From the NCBI GenBank assembly GCA_039096225.1, contig JBBPEB010000015.1, positions 620,001 to 684,000 of the forward strand: a stretch of DNA of 64,000 nucleotides. Direction: 5' to 3'. The notes under the pieces were generated by a model, which was given only the letters and a program-made list of their open reading frames with translations, had not been told where the DNA came from and did not search any database. The stretch is from Blastocystis sp. Blastoise. Lineage: Eukaryota; Protista; Bigyra: Opalinata. Below, in pieces: positions 56,901 through 64,000 of this stretch (positions are counted from its first letter, which is position 1; every line of letters starts with the position of its first letter). The position numbers and the translations under genes are program-made.

Positions 56901-57209
56901 TGGTAAACAATAATGACAATTAGCATACTCTCTTTCAGTGAAATATTGCTAGAGACAGTACTGTTAGGCATATTCTCATTTTTATAAGCAACGCTTTGAT
57001 TAAATTCTCCAATTGAGCAAAGCATATGCCTAATAAAGAAAAGAAAATAGGTTATATCGTTTAACAAAATGTTTAATACTTAGATAATTTTGATTTTTGC
57101 AAACACAATATAACAAGAATCAATCCAGCAATGAAGAACGCAAACTATTTAATGAATAGAATACACATATTAAATATTCAAATACTCTAATACACATAGA
57201 TAAGGTCAT
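53917..57209 (-). CDS. Nucleotide-diphospho-sugar transferase (GT77-like), type II membrane, about 11 exons
   Basis: N-terminal TM segment [16 protein letters not shown]; DxD motif LLSDVDI..DNPF; NGGFFYLKS; NDQDSLN; HNNWIIG..KIYRFKE; C-terminal [12 protein letters not shown]. The 3' end is uncertain. Confidence 0.85.
55280..55935. repeat. (TATTA)n microsatellite (about 650 bp) in a GT77 intron, with the A-rich strand as sense
   Basis: Directly visible; lies between the donor near 55989 and the acceptor near 55278. Confidence 0.95.
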
Positions 57210-57213
57210 TAAA

Positions 57214-57245
57214 CTAAGTAAATAAAGAATCTATCAGTAACTTAC
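57214..57245 (-). other. Probable 32-nt 5'UTR intron of the GT77 gene
   Basis: GTAAGT...TACTTAG ends 4 nt before the ATG, and there is an upstream in-frame stop. Confidence 0.55.
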
Positions 57246-58549
57246 GTTGAATAATACAACCCTTAAGTAAAATCCTGATCAGTAAAAAAAATTCAAAAAA
57301 TTGTCCATATATTCAAAAGAACAAAACACATATAAAAACATGGGTACAATGAAATTTCATATGCCAACAAATATATTGTTTTTTTAAATTTTGACTTTTT
57401 AAAAATATTTTTTATTTAAATTTTCGGAATATAATCATTAAGTGTATCCTTGAATATTTAATTAATAAATATTCTCAATAGTCTTGTAAAATTACAAAAA
57501 AGATTCTTGTATCCGAACATTTTTTGTATATGATTTAAATCTCAATGCAAAGGTTAGATTCTTTACAAATACGTATTTTTATCTGTCCCACTGAATCAGA
57601 AATCCTATTTCTTTATTATATTTTTCTGAAAATAAGTCATATAAATTCAAATCAAATTACAATCAGTAAAGCATTTTATTCATAAAAAGTTGTTTTATCT
57701 TTTTATTGTTGAGTAACCAGATGTACTAGCATTAATAAAAAGATATACATGTTAATATTCAATAAAATAGAGCCATTTTAAGAAATGTCAACTGTTTACT
57801 TGAGTATTTCTTTCATAAATATCATCCTTCTAAGCTTATTTATTGTTCAGAATGCAGTATAATAGATAAAACAATATTCATGTCAATGGTATTTGTATTA
57901 CTACTCATTGAATGCATTCTTTTTTTTTAAGAATGGATTGAAATTGTAGAAGGTATTTTCAGTTTTCTATATTTTCATATCAAAAGCTTTATATCTAACA
58001 ATTATGATTGATAATAATTACATATATTAAAGTTGTATAAACATTAGAGAAATAATCAATATTTAGATTATTTATGGAATACGACACAAAGGTAATTTGC
58101 CATCATTCACGAGTATATATGCAGAAGCATTAAATAGTGTTATAAATTGAATTCATCATATACTTTTATAGTATAAGAAATAAATAGCAGCGCCTCAATA
58201 TTTTGGTGTACTAGTATATTAATATAAACAGTCAAAAAAGAGTTAATAGGATTATATAACAAGAAAAACAGTCTTTGAATATCATTATTTCTAATGACTA
58301 TTATGTTTAAATAATTATGTAAGATTTAGGTAAACAAAGCACAAGATAAATAATGTCATTTTAAACAATGGAATAGGTTTTAATTTTAAAAAATGAAAAC
58401 AAAAGTAAAGGAGAAAGATATACAGATAGAAGTTAAAACTACTAAAGAAAAACAAAATAAATAGCCCAATAAGTATATATTTATATTAAGATATTTTACT
58501 AAGAATATAGAAAAAAATGAATGTTATAATTATTTATTATAGATATGTT

Positions 58550-59280
58550 TTATTCATGAATTTCTTCCTGTATGTCTGGAACAGAATCATTATTAAACAT
58601 ATCATCGTCATCACTATCATTCACAATAAATTCAACTTGATCATCTATATCAATAATTCTTCTTCTTTCTCCTTCTTCATCTTCTTCTTCTCTTCCTTCT
58701 TTTCTATTAGCATTAAATGAATTATCTCCATAGTTATTATCATTTGCATTTATAATATCACTAGTCGTATTAATATCAGTAACAATAGGGGAAGCACCAT
58801 CCCGAGGAGAACAAACCAAAGGAGAAGTAGCAGAAGAGACGCTCTCCGTAGGGGACACTTTATCTATACATGGAGTAGAAGCATTTGAAATAGATATATC
58901 GTTATCTTCTCCTTTAAGATTCTTATTATTCTTCTTATTATTATTCTTCTTATTAGTTTTCTTATTGTTACTCTCATTAGCATTATTATTATCACTAGTA
59001 TTATTATTAGTATTATTATCATTAGTAGTAGTATTATCATTATTATCATTAGTAATAGTAGTATCATTAGTATTAGTATCTTGAGTATCTTCTTTTTCTT
59101 CTTCCACTGAAGGAATAGCAACAGCATACATGGCAGGATTATCTGGATACTTAGCCTTTAAACGATCCTATATATATTTATATATATTTATATATATTTA
59201 TATATATTTATATATATTTATATATATTTATATATTTATATTTGTATATATTTATATATTACCAATTATTTCCACAAATA

Positions 59281-59318
<38 letters not shown>

Positions 59319-59493
59319 TTGAAGACCTGTAGATACTTTTTGAAGAACTGAAACTTGTTTTTTTAAACGTTCAATTTCTTTATCTTTTTCTACAAAATTA
59401 GATTGGACTCTTTTAAATGTTTTATCTTGTTTTAAAAGTAATTCCTCACGTTTCTGACGAATATCGATTTGTTCTTTTAGAGCATCTTCAAGC

Positions 59494-59527
<34 letters not shown>

Positions 59528-59940
59528 TATTTATAACAAATAAAATGAAATATATATATATATAATTAAAGAATATCAATAAATACTTTTTTATTTTGTT
59601 GGGAATACAATTCAATTGTGTGTCCCTGTTTAACGGCCATATCTCTATATTCCTGAACGACTGAATTAATAGTATCAGCCTAAATAATGAATATAATAAA
59701 TGATTATAGACACTATTGTTTTATATATATCTACATAAAACAAAAAAAAACAATAACGAATATAAGAATACTATTATATAGATATATATACATCTTTTAA
59801 TTTCAATTTCAGAGCAATATTTTCTTTAAGAGCCTTATTCAAATCGTTTTCTAATCCAGTCTATATATAATATCAATAAATAAAATTGAATATACTATTC
59901 AAATAAGATAAGTATATATAGAATGTAAATAAATAAAATA

Positions 59941-60025
<85 letters not shown>

Positions 60026-60960
60026 TAATAAAATAAATATTTAGAATACATTTATTGACAATAATCCTTTATGAACATCAGCATATTTCGCTTGGCTATT
60101 TTGAATCATAGTTAATGTATCTTCTATCTTCTTCTTTAACTCTGTATTTTCTTTCCTTAACATATCATTGGATGAACTATATTGTTCTAATTGCGTTTGT
60201 AACGACTCAAAACCTTCTGAAAAATGCTCTAATAATTTCTTTCTATATATATATATATATAATTTAATTTTTATTTATAAATTAGTTATAAAAAGACTAC
60301 ATGAATATATATATATATATATATAAAGAATAATTATATAAATAATATTACTTTTCTTCAGCTGATTCTTGTAAGATTAATTTTCGATCTTCCATATATG
60401 ATTTTTCTCTCTCATCATAAAGAACAGCAAGACGTTTATATTTCAGTGATTGTTCAGAACATTCGGCTATCTTCTTTTTCACTATAATATACATTAATAA
60501 TTGTAAATAATTAATATATATATATATACTTTCTTCACTTGAAGCGTCAACACGAGCAATTTGTTTATCAATTCCAGCCATCTTTTCTTGACTCTCACGA
60601 TAATAACGAAACTATTAAAGATAAAAAGTGAATATACATTAGAATATTGTCATCTAATATAATATACTAAACGAAAGATAATATATCTAAGTTGTTCAAT
60701 CTTCTCTTCTTGACTTAACTTTGAATTTACAACTGTATTAAAAAGTGATAATTGGTCTTTTGACAAAGGAGCAGAAACATCATCTATTTATATCGTAAAA
60801 GTTATGCTTTTATATCAAATATAGAAATAAATAGTAAATAAATACTCTTAAGAGGAATCTGTTGATCAACAGCGCTTTTGAATGTCTGGATAAATTCTTT
60901 ACATATATAAATAGAAATAAATAAAATATCAATACGCTTTGTTTCTTTTTTTGAACTCAT
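58550..60960 (-). CDS. Taxilin-like coiled-coil protein with an acidic/Asn-rich tail, about 11 exons
   Basis: ESAEERKKLLEHFSEGFESLQTQLEQ..LRKENTELKKKI and LKKQVSVLQKVSTGLQDR resemble the taxilin core. Introns are GT..AG. Confidence 0.6.
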
Positions 60961-61798
60961 ACTGAAGATAATAACAAATTGTAAACGAAAAAAAATTATT
61001 AAAAAATGAGTCTTTTTGGACTGATTTTTTTTCAGATCATTATACATATATAAATAATAACAAAAATTACTTAAAAAAGTACTTGAATTCTTTTTGTCGT
61101 TATTGTCCCTTTTGTCTCGATTCATTCGGGTAATTATTACTTTTTTGAACTGACATTGTTTTCTTTATATTTATATAATGTACGAATAAATTTTCTTCAA
61201 ATATATATATGAACACACATTTTACGTCAAATAAAAATAAAATTGTTTTAGTTTAACAGATGAGATACATCTCAATGTTGAGCTTTATTTTTAAACAGAA
61301 AGTTTGTTTTAATATATTAAAGGAATCGCCTGTTATCTCTCATGTATTTTTGTTATTATGAAATCAATTATAAAATGTATTTCGTTTATTCGACTGCACT
61401 TCAAAATCTATATTTATAATTTTTAAGCAATACTATTGATGTATATAATTATTCAAATGAATTAAGAATGAAATCAAGAAACTTAGAAAAAAAGAAAACA
61501 TGATTTTAGTTCAGTTTGGTTTATGTTGTCATGAATAAGTGATATAATATCGATAATAATTTAAAATTATCAAATTTATTTCAATTAAACAATCCTAAGT
61601 TAAAATAGAACCAATTTATTGCGAACAAAAAATTCATAGAAAATTTGGTTCATAAACACTGAAAAATTTTTGAATCATTTTTTATTTTATTCTTACTTAG
61701 ATATATTTATCTAATCTACTTTTCTAGATTAAATAAACCATCTAGACTCATTTAGTAGATTAAAATAAAAAGGCAACTATTTCAAACACTTCCTCATT

Positions 61799-63405
61799 AT
61801 GTCTGAGCAGTCTAGAATAGCTTATTTCTACCATGGTGATGTTGGTAATTATTATTATGGTCCTGGTCACCCTATGAAACCACAGAGAATTCGTTTAGCA
61901 CATCACCTTATTTTGACATATAAGCTATACCGTCATTTAGAAGTTTATAAACCTCATCGTTCTACATTTCAAGAATTAATGGATTTTCACTCTGAAGATT
62001 ATGTTGATTTCTTAAGTAAGATCAATCCTGATATTATGGATGAATATAAAAGCAGCTTTGAAAAATTTGGTATTGGTAATAATTCTGATTGTCCTATTTA
62101 TGATGGTATTTATGATTTCTGTCAACTCTATTCTGGTGCTTCATTAGGTATGTATATATACATATATGTATATTTAGTATATAAATATATTATGTTTATT
62201 ATGTTTATTATTATGTTTATTATATTTAATATTATGTGTATTATTATTATATATTGTCTATATATAGATGCTGCTGTTCGTCTTAATCATGGTTTAAATG
62301 ATATATGTGTGAATTGGTCTGGAGGTCTACATCATGCAAAGAAGGCACAAGCTTCAGGATTCTGTTATGTTAATGATATCGTCTTAGCTATTTTAGAATT
62401 ATTAAAGTATATTATATAGAGAACAATTTCGTTTATCTATATTTGTTTTAAATAAAATATTATTATGTTTATTATGTTTATTATGTTTATTATGTTTATT
62501 ATACTTATTATACTTATTATGTTTATTATGTTTATTAATATCTGTCTATTTATTACTTCCTCCCCTTATATATATATAATGTCCTCTAGGTATTATCCTC
62601 GTGTATTATATATTGATATTGATGTTCACCATGGAGATGGAGTAGAAGAAGCCTTCTATTTAACAGATCGAGTTATGACATGCAGTTTCCATAAATTTGG
62701 AGATTATTTCCCGGGATCTGGAGCTCTTAAAGATGTAGGTATTGGGCCCGGCAAATATTACGCGGTCAATATCCCTCTAGATAGTGGTATTGATGATGAA
62801 AGCTATAAATTCGTCTTTGAACCTGTATATAGAATTATTATTTTTTTTTTATTATTTATTATTATTATTATTCATCAAAAATATTATACTTCTCTCTCTA
62901 GATATATATATATACTATTCAATATAGGTAATAACAAAGATCATGGAAGTCTTCCAACCAAGTGCTATTGTTCTTCAGTGTGGCGCAGACTCCGTCACAG
63001 GGGATCGTCTTGGATGCTTCAATTTATCTCTCCGTGGACATGCTTCATGCGTTAAGTTCGTACAACGATTCCACGTGCCTACTCTTGTTCTTGGAGGAGG
63101 AGGTTATACTATCCGTAATGTCGCTCGTACTTGGGCTTTTGAGACGAGTGTCTTATTAGATAAAGAAGTCCCTAACGATATACCTTATAATGACTTCATC
63201 GAGTGGTATGCCCCTACTTATCAATTACATCTTATTCCCACGGATATGGAGAATAAAAACAATAAAGAAAAACTGAAAACTATTATGTATATATATATAT
63301 TATAATAATAGTGTTCATATTTATATTATAATATATATTTAATATTTAACATTACAATTATTTTTTCATTGCTTCTTATTCATATTATCATCATTACTTT
63401 CCCAA

Positions 63406-63437
<32 letters not shown>

Positions 63438-63963
63438 TTTATTTATTTCTTGCTTAGTGAGACAGTAACAGAGCATCTGCGTCACATAGAAGGAGCTCCC
63501 TCGTGTCAATTACAGAACCGCCCTCCGGACTGGAGTCTTCAGAGTATCACAAATAAGAAGGAACTAGAAGATGAAGATGGAGATGACAGAGAACATCGTA
63601 TAGATATATATATATATATATATATATAATTTAAAACTATATTATTTATTATTATTAATATATTTATTATGTATTTATAATTTAAAACTATATTATATAT
63701 TTATTACTAATATATTTATGTTTCTTCTTATTCTATATATAGCGGATCACTTGGATACTCATGTTCAACACAAGAGTGAGTATTATGATGATGATCATGA
63801 TAATGATAAAACTAGTAATAGTAATAATAGTAGAGGAGACTTAGAAAATGAAAAAACAGATTCTATTCAAGTGAAAATCAAAGATAATGGTATTAATATG
63901 AAAGAAGTCAATATCAATTCAGATACTACCAAATCACCTTTAACCAAAAATTCAACTGCTTAA
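61799..63963 (+). CDS. Class I histone deacetylase (RPD3/HDAC1-3 family), 6 exons
   Basis: [83 protein letters not shown] and [12 protein letters not shown]. Confidence 0.97.
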
Positions 63964-64000
63964 TATATATATATAAAGAATAATATGTTTTTTTTTTTAT

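Overview
Very AT-rich, intron-dense eukaryotic nuclear DNA that reads in the standard genetic code. It carries about 19 spliced protein-coding genes and no recognisable tRNA, rRNA, CRISPR array or intact transposon. A Blastocystis-like stramenopile is inferred from the F5/8C + putative-Ig surface protein, the TGTTT(T)GTT 3' motifs and a U12 intron; this is not proven. I spliced gene models by hand from GT..AG sites and reading frame. In order they are: a partial orphan, an F-box/LRR + retinoblastoma B-pocket fusion, phosphoserine phosphatase, URB1/Npa1, a poly-Asn protein with a CG-1-like domain, a nucleoplasmin-FKBP, DCP1, a ~1600-aa surface protein, an amino-acid transporter, choline/ethanolamine kinase, twinfilin, a Zn-ribbon+PH orphan, eIF4G, an RRM-only Cyp33/PPIE-like protein, a Ser/Pro-rich orphan, a TruA pseudouridine synthase, a GT77-like glycosyltransferase, a taxilin-like protein and a class I HDAC. 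Highlights: (1) an F-box protein whose C-terminal half is an isolated RB B-box with the LxCxE cleft intact, a possible new SCF receptor; (2) a U12-type AT-AA intron; (3) four introns whose first base is not G but copies the first base of the next exon, either real non-canonical splicing or an RNA-polishing artefact; (4) (TA)n tracts at both ends of many introns; (5) one identical 10-nt interruption shared by unlinked microsatellites. Most long low-complexity ORFs in the track (poly-I/L/Y/N) are intronic microsatellites.
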